A stretch of 64,000 bases of DNA, taken from the sequence record JN849462.1. One strand, 5' to 3'. The notes beneath the pieces are model-generated. The model was given only the letters and a program-made list of their open reading frames with translations. It made no database searches and was not told the origin of the DNA. Made by a program: the position numbers and the translations under genes. Every line of letters begins with the position of its first letter. The stretch's first letter is position 1. Shown one piece after another: positions 55,585 through 63,722 of this stretch.

Positions 55585-56742
55585 ATGAACGAACTTATTG
55601 ATGCAACAAACGAAGCGCGTACGCAATACGAGCAGTATGGTGCATGTAGTGCTTTTCAAATCGAAGGTCTACTTACTGAACTCGAAAAGCACGCTTCTGA
55701 CAACGCTGTTGTGAAGTCTGCACGAACTGAGTTCGACGATTACGAGAATTTGACTGGTACACGTATTGATCAACTACTGACAGTCGCTGAAGTCACCATC
55801 TTTAAAACAAGTGAGAAAAACTTAATGAAACTGATTGTAACAGTCGGTGTGCCTGCGTCCGGCAAAACTACGTGGGCTGAGAAATTCTGTGCAAACGGAA
55901 AAGCAGTAAATGTCAATCGCGACGATACTCGTCAAGAACTGTTCGGTCCCTTCAAGTGGGGCGAATACAGCTTCAAGAAGCAGAACGAAGAACTTGTGAC
56001 GAAAGTCAACAAAGACAAAGCTATGCTTGCCCTACGTTCTGGTAAAGACGTTGTAATCTCTGATACTAACCTTGTGCCAGAGCGTCGTGAAGAGTGGCGT
56101 AATATCGCTAAACAGCTTGGTGCTGAATACGAAGAGAAGTTGTTTCATATCTCTTTCGATGAAGCATTTGCACGCGATAAAGCTCGTGAAATGTCAGTTG
56201 GTGGTAAAGTTCTAACAACTATGTTCCAGAACTACCACCGAAACAACCGTGATTTGATTATCGCGCACTTCAAATCACTGCTTGAGCCTCTTTGGGAAGC
56301 TGGTACTGAGTTGTGTGTATTGTCTGACATCGACGGCACAGTTGCTGAAATGCACAAAGGTGTTAAAGGTCGTCGTAGCCCATTTGAATGGCTACGTGTT
56401 GAAGAAGACTCACCGCGTGACACTGTAATCGAAATGCTAGATCTTCTGAGCGCCCACTATCCAATCATTTTCATGAGCGGTCGTGATGGTGTTTGTGAAG
56501 AGCATACACGCCGTTGGCTATTGAAGCATATGCCATTCGCGTATTCAAGTGGGTTTGACTTGGTCATGCGTGGTAAAGGCGATTCACGCCCAGACTGGGT
56601 AATCAAACTAGAATTGCTACTAGAATTAGCAAAACGTGGTTATCGTCGTCCTATCGTGATGTTCGATGACCGTGATCAAGTAGTCAATACTCTACGTGAA
56701 GTAGGTGTTGAAGTGTTCCAAGTACAACCGGGTAACTTTTAA
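55585..56742 (+). CDS. pseT: Polynucleotide 5'-kinase/3'-phosphatase with 80-aa N-terminal extension
   Basis: GVPASGKTT, NRDDTR, SDTNL; DIDGT, SGR, FDDR; canonical start 55825. Confidence 0.92.
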   Translation: MNELIDATNEARTQYEQYGACSAFQIEGLLTELEKHASDNAVVKSARTEFDDYENLTGTRIDQLLTVAEVTIFKTSEKNLMKLIVTVGVPASGKTTWAEKFCANGKAVNVNRDDTRQELFGPFKWGEYSFKKQNEELVTKVNKDKAMLALRSGKDVVISDTNLVPERREEWRNIAKQLGAEYEEKLFHISFDEAFARDKAREMSVGGKVLTTMFQNYHRNNRDLIIAHFKSLLEPLWEAGTELCVLSDIDGTVAEMHKGVKGRRSPFEWLRVEEDSPRDTVIEMLDLLSAHYPIIFMSGRDGVCEEHTRRWLLKHMPFAYSSGFDLVMRGKGDSRPDWVIKLELLLELAKRGYRRPIVMFDDRDQVVNTLREVGVEVFQVQPGNF

Positions 56743-56751
56743 GGCAAAATT

Positions 56752-57306
56752 ATGACTGAAGTATTAATCACAATCGCTGCAATCGCATTTGTAGCACTCG
56801 TAGTAACACTGATCGTACGTGCTCGTATCAAGCAAAAAGAAGAAGCTGCGAATGCATTGTCAATGCGTGAAGCTGCGGCTAATCGCACACGTGAACAACT
56901 CGAATCAATCAGCGCAATGAGTAACGGTGCTTCTCGTATGAAGCCTAAAGCTCCATCACGACCTGCGAGTTCTTCTCGACATAGCGCACCATCACGTTCT
57001 CACGTGTCTCGTACGCGACGTGACGACGATGACATCATCACTAACCCGTTGCACCCGTTAAATCCGATTACTGACCCGGTCGGTCTGTATGAACGCGACG
57101 AACCGGTACGTGAAACACGCTCAGAACCAAGCTACTCTGCACCTGAGCCGAGTTACAGTGAGCCAGAACGTAGTTCTAGCGTATCAAGCCCAGGCAGCTA
57201 CTCATTCGGTGGTAGTTCGGATAGCGGCTCAAGCTACTCAAGCTCAAGTGACAGTGATTCAAGTTACTCAAGTAGCGGTAGTAGTTCAGGCGGGAGCTTC
57301 GACTAA
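56752..57306 (+). CDS. Membrane-anchored protein with Ser-rich disordered tail
   Basis: N-terminal TM; SSSSDSDSSYSSSGSSSG tail. Confidence 0.75.
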   Translation: MTEVLITIAAIAFVALVVTLIVRARIKQKEEAANALSMREAAANRTREQLESISAMSNGASRMKPKAPSRPASSSRHSAPSRSHVSRTRRDDDDIITNPLHPLNPITDPVGLYERDEPVRETRSEPSYSAPEPSYSEPERSSSVSSPGSYSFGGSSDSGSSYSSSSDSDSSYSSSGSSSGGSFD

Positions 57307-57818
57307 TGATTGTATCTGAAATTCGTGGCGACTTGGTCGCCACCCTTGCTCAAGCAATTGAAAATCCGAATCATCAACGTACGTTTATCATGGGGCAAGG
57401 TTGTAACTGCTTTATCAGACAAGGTTCTGGCATTGCAGGTCAGCTACGCCGTTTCCCTGAAGTATATCAAGCTGATATTGACTACGGTCGTGAAGGCGAT
57501 CCGTTGAAACTTGGTGAATTCTCTGTTGCATTGTTCGACAAACACGGAACTGTTCCACAAGCTGCTGTGTTCAACCTGTACACGCAGTTCAGTATGGGGA
57601 CTCGTGAGCGTCATGCTGAATATTCAGCAATCAAAGAAGGCGTTCGCGCTATGGTTCGCTACCTTGAAGACAATGACGACAAGATCTACTTGCCATTAAT
57701 CGGTGCTGGCTTAGCTGGCGGCGATTGGGAAATCATTCGCCATATCATCGACAAAGCAAGTGGAAATAAAGAAATTGTCATTGTACATTTCGAAGAAGGC
57801 ACACTAATCGACTGGTGA
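57306..57818 (+). CDS. Macro-domain protein (T4 Tk.4-like)
   Basis: GDL, GCNCF..GSGIA, NLYTQ, LPLIGAGLAGGDW. Confidence 0.88.
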   Translation: MIVSEIRGDLVATLAQAIENPNHQRTFIMGQGCNCFIRQGSGIAGQLRRFPEVYQADIDYGREGDPLKLGEFSVALFDKHGTVPQAAVFNLYTQFSMGTRERHAEYSAIKEGVRAMVRYLEDNDDKIYLPLIGAGLAGGDWEIIRHIIDKASGNKEIVIVHFEEGTLIDW

Positions 57819-57821
57819 TTT

Positions 57822-57992
57822 ATGTTTACCTCAGCATTTGTGTATAACGCACTGATTTTTCTCGCTATTCTATCTGTTGGTGCTATTTTTGCATATTTTA
57901 TTGCGAAAATGCTTGACAAGAGTGAGGAGAAACGTGTTAAACTACGTCACAAGCTCATAAGACAACGAGCGAGAAAGAGACTACCGAAATGA
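57822..57992 (+). CDS. Small single-TM protein (56 aa, not in ORF track)
   Basis: MFTSAFVYNALIFLAILSVGAIFAYFIAK plus basic tail; ATGA overlap with next gene. Confidence 0.55.
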   Translation: MFTSAFVYNALIFLAILSVGAIFAYFIAKMLDKSEEKRVKLRHKLIRQRARKRLPK

Positions 57993-58219
57993 GTTTTGAA
58001 ACAAACAAAAAGCTTGCCGAAGCATTTGACTCATGGCGTGTAGTGCCTAGAATTTTAGTTGCACTGTACTGTTACTTACTGTATACTACAGCAATATGGT
58101 TCATGGCACTGCCTGATCCGTCAGCAACTCAATCAGCATTCGTATCGACAATTGTCGGTGCGGGTGCTGCAATCTTCGGCTTATACACTAATTCTGGAAA
58201 AGGAAAGACTAATGGCTAA
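57989..58219 (+). CDS. Small 2-TM membrane protein (holin-like)
   Basis: DSWRVVPR, two hydrophobic helices. Confidence 0.6.
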   Translation: MSFETNKKLAEAFDSWRVVPRILVALYCYLLYTTAIWFMALPDPSATQSAFVSTIVGAGAAIFGLYTNSGKGKTNG

Positions 58220-58403
58220 ACGACTATACCCACATGAAGTTGATCACGAACTACAGCGTCGCGACGTTTGGTTGAAAGCGTGGTGTCATACTGCTAACGC
58301 TAATGACTGTAAAGAAACATCAACTGCAACAAACTATGCTGATGCGTGTCTGGCTGCATTTGACCGTCGTTTTGAAGCTATCGAGGTAATTAAACATGAC
58401 TGA
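58212..58403 (+). CDS. Hypothetical protein
   Basis: ATG with AGGA RBS in frame with ORF 58059. Confidence 0.6.
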   Translation: MAKRLYPHEVDHELQRRDVWLKAWCHTANANDCKETSTATNYADACLAAFDRRFEAIEVIKHD

Positions 58404-58794
58404 TTTTGATATTGCACTACTTAATCCGACTATCATCAAGTCAACTGAAATCGCAGGTCATAACTTCGGTAACAAAGTTATCGAGATTGTGAGTGATCAC
58501 ATTGACGGCGATGACATGGATAACTTCATTGAATTCATCGTTGAAGCTGAAGCACGAGAGCGTGAGCACCCGTATGTAGGTCATTTCTACGGTGATTTGT
58601 TAGTCATGAGCTTGTCTGAAGACCGTCATCACTTCGAAGCACGTATGTCTGACGAAGACATTGCGAATCTGACAATCACGATTGATGATGCATTCATTCA
58701 ATACACAAATGAGTTTATTGAATGGTACAAGCAGAAAGCGCGAGAGTTCTTCGATGATGATGAATTGGAATTCATCATTGAAAACGAAATCTAA
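58396..58794 (+). CDS. Acidic hypothetical protein
   Basis: GAGG RBS; D/E rich. Confidence 0.7.
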   Translation: MTDFDIALLNPTIIKSTEIAGHNFGNKVIEIVSDHIDGDDMDNFIEFIVEAEAREREHPYVGHFYGDLLVMSLSEDRHHFEARMSDEDIANLTITIDDAFIQYTNEFIEWYKQKAREFFDDDELEFIIENEI

Positions 58795-58795
58795 C

Positions 58796-58823
58796 AAAAT
58801 CCCGTCTTAATGGCGGGATTTTT
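58796..58823 (+). terminator. Intrinsic terminator
   Basis: aaaatcccgtc-ttaat-ggcgggattttt. Confidence 0.75.
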
Positions 58824-58831
58824 AGTTTTCA

Positions 58832-58839
58832 TCTAAATA
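58832..58839 (+). promoter_or_regulatory. Late promoter variant TCTAAATA
   Basis: Directly after the terminator, same layout as 31653. Confidence 0.6.
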
Positions 58840-58866
58840 GAAGAAACAACACAAAAAGGTATCATA

Positions 58867-60321
58867 ATGAAACTGTTTACTGAATTTTATCAAGAAGTTC
58901 GACTTGACGAAATCTCAGATCGTGCGAATATCGACATTGATTGGGATTGGGGTCATGAGAACGGTACGGGAGAAACTTCGGCGAGATTTGACGCAGCCGG
59001 TGAGAAATTCCAAGTTAGCGTTGACGAGAGCAACCCGGGTTATTTCACAATCACATTCCAGAACTCTAGTGGTTATTCTCAGACTGGTAGAGCGGGACAC
59101 TCTGCGGCTGCTGTATTCTCTGGCGTATTGACGACTTTACGTGAATTCACCGAAACGTACGAAGAAGAAATGGGCATGAAACCATATGAATATGACTTCA
59201 GCGCAGCGTACGAACTACCGAGAAATCACGACTATTACTCGTTGGTTCACAATCGTCGCGAGGCAACTCGTTTAGATGAAGAAAGCAAGAAAAAGCTATT
59301 GAAAGACTTGATTTCTCGCCCTATGCTTTACTACGCACTATCGTTGACGTTTGGTAAAGAATACGGCTATTCAACTGAAATTAGCGACCGTTGGCTTGCT
59401 CGTCTTGCAGGGGGCGCGAATGATTTCCGTTCCGTTCGTAAGAACGTGACTCGAAGCATTCTGTCGATGAATGACAACGACGTTAACCAAGCGTTGATGA
59501 ACATGAGCGGTTCTGTTTCGTTCACTCTTACCAACGAAAACGAACGTCCTAGCAGCTACGACACAGCATTCGGTGGCGGTCCGTCTCTTGAAGACTACGT
59601 TGATGAAGCAGACCAGTACCAAATCGAAGCGTGGATCAATGATGGTCGTGAAGATGAAATCATCGAACATGCTGATTGGCAAACTCTAGTTCGCATTGCG
59701 GAATGGGGTCTGATGCACGATGAACTGATTTTCCATGATGATGAAGACGTTCGAAACGCGGTAATCCGCACAGACTACGAAATGGGCGAGAAACTAGCCG
59801 AATCGCCTGAGTGGGAACATCGTAAACAAGCTGCTGAAAATGGTTTTGGCATTTGGGATCTTGTTCTTGACTCTGACGAAGACGTGCGCGAAGCTGCATG
59901 GGACTGGTCGTTTGAAAATGACGATGCTGATACTCGAATCACATACGCGAAACGCTACGAAGGCAACTTCGGTCGCGCAATGGCTGAAGACGTGTGGGAT
60001 CGCATGATCGACGATTCAGATGACTATGAAGAGCGTCAATACGTAGCTGAACAAGGTTATCGTCTTGAAGAACTTCTAGCAGACCATGACGAAGACGTGC
60101 GTTCTTCTGCAATCAATGCTGTATTCACGGTAATGGGTCTGGATGGTCGAGAAGCGGCTGAGTTCTTGATGGAAAACTCTGAACCTTACCAAGAAGAAGT
60201 GTTTGAATACGCGATTAACGGTAACTTCGGTCCATCTTTCGATGAAGCACTAATCGAAATTGCTGAAGAAAACGGCGTTGATGTTTCTGAGTACAAAGAA
60301 GACGAAGACGAAGACGAATAA
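58867..60321 (+). CDS. Acidic protein with HEAT-like repeats, candidate internal head protein
   Basis: MKLFTEFYQEVRLDE; repeated D.DEDVR motifs. Confidence 0.75.
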   Translation: MKLFTEFYQEVRLDEISDRANIDIDWDWGHENGTGETSARFDAAGEKFQVSVDESNPGYFTITFQNSSGYSQTGRAGHSAAAVFSGVLTTLREFTETYEEEMGMKPYEYDFSAAYELPRNHDYYSLVHNRREATRLDEESKKKLLKDLISRPMLYYALSLTFGKEYGYSTEISDRWLARLAGGANDFRSVRKNVTRSILSMNDNDVNQALMNMSGSVSFTLTNENERPSSYDTAFGGGPSLEDYVDEADQYQIEAWINDGREDEIIEHADWQTLVRIAEWGLMHDELIFHDDEDVRNAVIRTDYEMGEKLAESPEWEHRKQAAENGFGIWDLVLDSDEDVREAAWDWSFENDDADTRITYAKRYEGNFGRAMAEDVWDRMIDDSDDYEERQYVAEQGYRLEELLADHDEDVRSSAINAVFTVMGLDGREAAEFLMENSEPYQEEVFEYAINGNFGPSFDEALIEIAEENGVDVSEYKEDEDEDE

Positions 60322-60326
60322 TGAAA

Positions 60327-60392
60327 AAAGGGTTGACAGATGTCAGCCCTTTCGTGTATTCTACGTATAAGAAATCAACGGAGAGTAATATG
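60327..60392 (+). promoter_or_regulatory. Class A terminator/promoter cassette
   Basis: aaagggTTGACAgatgtcagcccttt; TATTCT 60357. Confidence 0.7.
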
Positions 60393-60653
60393 AACATCCA
60401 AGACTTAACTGAAATCTTTATCAATTTTCATGACGAAAATTATGAAGTTGATGCAACACTTGACCGAATTGAAGACGTAATCGACCGAGAAGACGTGCAT
60501 GGCGTAATGCTGCCATTTTCTCAAGGCGTGAGCATCTTTATTGAAAAGGTCGACAATACCGATCTTACCATTGCTGAATATGAAGCATTCGTTGTTGAAA
60601 AACTTGAAGAAGAGTTCAACGACGAAATTGGCGAAATCGAATTCATTTACTAA
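60390..60653 (+). CDS. Highly acidic early protein
   Basis: 25 D/E vs 4 K/R in 87 aa by hand count; start reassigned. Confidence 0.7.
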   Translation: MNIQDLTEIFINFHDENYEVDATLDRIEDVIDREDVHGVMLPFSQGVSIFIEKVDNTDLTIAEYEAFVVEKLEEEFNDEIGEIEFIY

Positions 60654-60663
60654 GAGAGAAAAC

Positions 60664-61287
60664 ATGCTTCTAGCTGACTACATCAAACACGCAATGCAAG
60701 AATATCACACGATTTTCCCGACACGATTTTCTGTGCTTGAACACCTTTTCGCTACGAACGGGAATGGAATCACGCTCAAAAACGGTTATATTTATGATCG
60801 CGAGACTCGTGACGTAAAGCAAAAGCCCTTGCTATCGCGTGAAGACATCATTCTAGAAGTGAAAGACGCTTCTGAGCATTCTCTAGGCATGTGGGCTCGG
60901 TTTGTCAAAGAACTCGGTGATGAACACCCAGAGCTAGTCGAAAAATTCAAGAAGAAGATCGACGCACAGCTTGAAGAAGATGAACGCACGGTCGAAAGAC
61001 TATGTAACATCGACGAAGCATACAAAATTCATCCAGATTTAACCAATCTGCATGTATATGCATGGGGCGGGGATCGTCGATACATTCCAATGTATGACTT
61101 CGAAAACTCGAAGTACGATGACACAATCGAGCAACTTGAGTACTTCAGAGATTGCATTGCCAACGCAACTGTACGTGAAGTCACAGAAGACGACTCACAA
61201 ACCGATCAGTTCTACGCTCGTGGACTCGTATCGTGGAAAGAAAACATCGGTGAAATCGACAAAATCATCGAGAAGCTTCGTAAGTAA
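60664..61287 (+). CDS. Hypothetical protein
   Basis: AGAGAG RBS before ATG 60664. Confidence 0.7.
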   Translation: MLLADYIKHAMQEYHTIFPTRFSVLEHLFATNGNGITLKNGYIYDRETRDVKQKPLLSREDIILEVKDASEHSLGMWARFVKELGDEHPELVEKFKKKIDAQLEEDERTVERLCNIDEAYKIHPDLTNLHVYAWGGDRRYIPMYDFENSKYDDTIEQLEYFRDCIANATVREVTEDDSQTDQFYARGLVSWKENIGEIDKIIEKLRK

Positions 61288-61288
61288 T

Positions 61289-61318
61289 GTTTAATCTCTC
61301 TTGTTTATTGACTATAAT
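61289..61318 (+). promoter_or_regulatory. Class B promoter
   Basis: G-TTTAAT, 17 nt, TATAAT 61313. Confidence 0.6.
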
Positions 61319-61344
61319 TTAAGCATAACAAGAGAGGTGAACAA

Positions 61345-61560
61345 ATGGGACATTACGATTGCAAAGAATGCGGCACTTTTGGTTGTTTCGGTGAGTGTCA
61401 AGAGCCAGCAAACGTCGAGCGAGAAAAGCAACGTGTAGAGCGTCAAGCACGTGCTGACAAATACGCTGCGATTCTTGAAGCTGAAGAGAGACGAGTACGC
61501 GACTTAGAAAAAGCACGCGCATTCTTCTTGGTGCATGATAAGAAAGGGAATCCGATTTAA
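61345..61560 (+). CDS. Small protein with N-terminal Cys cluster and coiled coil
   Basis: CKECG..GC.GEC; GAGG RBS. Confidence 0.65.
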   Translation: MGHYDCKECGTFGCFGECQEPANVEREKQRVERQARADKYAAILEAEERRVRDLEKARAFFLVHDKKGNPI

Positions 61561-61937
61561 TGCTGCACAAGTATTCGACAAATCGTTTCATGAACATGGT
61601 TAATTACATGAGTTCTCAGTTCGTACAAGGTACGATTTTCTTGGGATTCATGCCGATTACAGCGCCTGACGATTCTTGGGGAATGAACGTACCTGAGAGT
61701 GACCATCGTTGGTGCGCTGTCCATTTATTCGATTCTGAGCAACAAGCTACACGCTCAGATGAAGAAGAACGCGAACAGAAGCGAATCAATAAAGGTTATG
61801 AGTGGTTGGTCGTGCTTTATGGAACTGACAACACATCGTACATGAAACGCTTTAAACGTCGCGAAGACGCAATCGCGTGGTTCTTCAATGAAGAATCGGT
61901 AAAAACACTAGATGGGCTATTTTTCTACAATAGTTGA
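61560..61937 (+). CDS. Hypothetical protein
   Basis: TAATG-coupled ORF. Confidence 0.65.
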   Translation: MLHKYSTNRFMNMVNYMSSQFVQGTIFLGFMPITAPDDSWGMNVPESDHRWCAVHLFDSEQQATRSDEEEREQKRINKGYEWLVVLYGTDNTSYMKRFKRREDAIAWFFNEESVKTLDGLFFYNS

Positions 61938-61940
61938 ATA

Positions 61941-62008
61941 AAAAGGGTTGCACTGTGCAGCCCTTTTCTATATCATGAGCACATCAAAACGAAAGAGAGA
62001 CGATTATG
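61941..62008 (+). promoter_or_regulatory. Class A terminator/promoter cassette
   Basis: aaaagggTTGCACtgtgcagccctttt; 17 nt; TATCAT. Confidence 0.75.
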
Positions 62009-62746
62009 AACGTTGAACAAACACTACGTGAATTGAATATCACCAACAACCAAGTTTACACACGCATCGTAAATGAAGTAATGAAACCGAACATTCTTTC
62101 AATTTATGAACACATGAGATTGAAAATCGGATATAATCAAGAAATTTGGTATGGTGATGCTGATGTGTATGTATCAATCGAGCCTGCATTCGAGAAATAC
62201 AGAGAACAGCATGACGTTTTGATCATCAACAACGTTGTATCGTGCTTTGATCGAGCAATTGTCATTGCAATTATCAACAAAGAGACTGGCGACATACCAT
62301 TGTGTAAATGTGTCGAGGGTCAAGGTGTGAAACACGAGGGTTGGAATTTCGGTGATCATCGTGATTGGAAGATTGAAGGTCTCGATACGCTTCGCGAACA
62401 CAAGTGGAGATTTGGTTACGAGGATTTGCGCGACGACTCGCTTGTATTTCAGCTAGATTCGATTTGGGCTGATATTCGACCAGATAAGCCGTATAACGGC
62501 TGGCATCGTTCGTCTTATGGTTGTGGGTTTCATGTTGAGAATCTACTGTACGCAGAACGCGAAATCAGATGGGCATTCAGTTCTGTTGTTGAAGAAGAAG
62601 CATATACAATTTGCGAAAAAGATAAAAAAGGGGCGAATGCCCCTTTTTTTATGGTCTGTAGATCATGTGATTTGAACCCATTCGTTCCCATGTACCTAGA
62701 TTCATGCGATTTTTCATTTCAACGAAGAATGCGGGGTTTGCTCTAA
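62006..62746 (+). CDS. Early hypothetical protein; true end probably near 62624
   Basis: ORF reads through the terminator; one extra A in the A5 run would give a stop just before it. Confidence 0.65.
   Translation: MNVEQTLRELNITNNQVYTRIVNEVMKPNILSIYEHMRLKIGYNQEIWYGDADVYVSIEPAFEKYREQHDVLIINNVVSCFDRAIVIAIINKETGDIPLCKCVEGQGVKHEGWNFGDHRDWKIEGLDTLREHKWRFGYEDLRDDSLVFQLDSIWADIRPDKPYNGWHRSSYGCGFHVENLLYAEREIRWAFSSVVEEEAYTICEKDKKGANAPFFMVCRSCDLNPFVPMYLDSCDFSFQRRMRGLL
62624..62650. terminator. Bidirectional terminator between convergent genes
   Basis: aaaaaaggggc-gaat-gccccttttttt. Confidence 0.8.
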
Positions 62747-63704
62747 TGTCATCAAGTGGCAGTGCAACAACACCTTCAGTTTTATGCGCCAATAGCTCTA
62801 GTTTATCAAGCAAATCAGACGTTGTACGACCGTCATATTTGAATTGACTGAACCAATAACCAATCTTACTGAATTTCGTATCTCTTGTGTATTTCACATC
62901 AAAGCCTTTCAGAGCATACGCTAAGTTACTTTCTTTACCGTGAAACGGCTTGCGATATGCGCTATGTTCAGCACCAGCACGAGCAAGCAATCTCTTCTTA
63001 GCTGCGTCTGGTAGATTGAACCACCCATCAAAGTTTTTCTTGAAGTTCAACATCCATGCTTCTGGCGTAGCTGGTGAGCCTTTGAAGTATGCTTTCGTAT
63101 CAGCAATGGCTTGTGCATAGCGTGCGTTAATCTCATGAGAATAGTTCTGATATTCGTCGTGAGACGCTTCGTGACCGCTTTTAGCGTGACGGATGAACTC
63201 TTTATCAATGTATCCGCGTTTACGCCCTGAGTGTTGATACACGCCCTCTGCGTCGCTTGTCTCGAAGTCTTCAATGTCACCAGAACGATAGTTGTCGTAA
63301 GCGTGTTGCAGTTCATGTAATGCCGTGCTATACAACTGTGGTTTCTGCAATCTGAATTTCGCCATGATTTGACTAACTGCTGTTACTCCAGTTATATCCA
63401 CGACAAGCTTGAGATACCCTGCTTCTGTGATCGAGTCGTCATGTAATTTGCCATTCCAAACACCGAGTTCGGTTGGGTTATTATTGTCTAACTTCAGATA
63501 TGCTAGAATACCTTCAGCTAGTAATGCATCGAACTCACTCTCACCAGTTCTGATATTCAGAGTTTTTGTGTTGACGGATAGTTTATTTGGATCCCATGGT
63601 GCTTTACTTAGAGCGCCTTCTAACTGGCGTTCCAATGTATCGACGATGGTTTTTGACGCTTGTTCTAATGCGCGTTGTGATTGTACGTTTTCAAAAATAA
63701 TCAT
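62649..63704 (-). CDS. Putative zinc metallopeptidase (HExxH), candidate internal head protein
   Basis: LHELQHAYD and downstream HEINA; late-like promoter; MIIFENVQSQRALE. Confidence 0.65.
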   Translation of the reverse strand: MIIFENVQSQRALEQASKTIVDTLERQLEGALSKAPWDPNKLSVNTKTLNIRTGESEFDALLAEGILAYLKLDNNNPTELGVWNGKLHDDSITEAGYLKLVVDITGVTAVSQIMAKFRLQKPQLYSTALHELQHAYDNYRSGDIEDFETSDAEGVYQHSGRKRGYIDKEFIRHAKSGHEASHDEYQNYSHEINARYAQAIADTKAYFKGSPATPEAWMLNFKKNFDGWFNLPDAAKKRLLARAGAEHSAYRKPFHGKESNLAYALKGFDVKYTRDTKFSKIGYWFSQFKYDGRTTSDLLDKLELLAHKTEGVVALPLDDIRANPAFFVEMKNRMNLGTWERMGSNHMIYRP

Positions 63705-63722
63705 CTTTTTTCTCGAATTCGG

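Noticed and set aside
60321-60389. ORF-track start MKKGLTD for the acidic protein
   Set aside because: It reads through the terminator/promoter hairpin; the ATG is part of a TAATGA double stop; the true start is 60390
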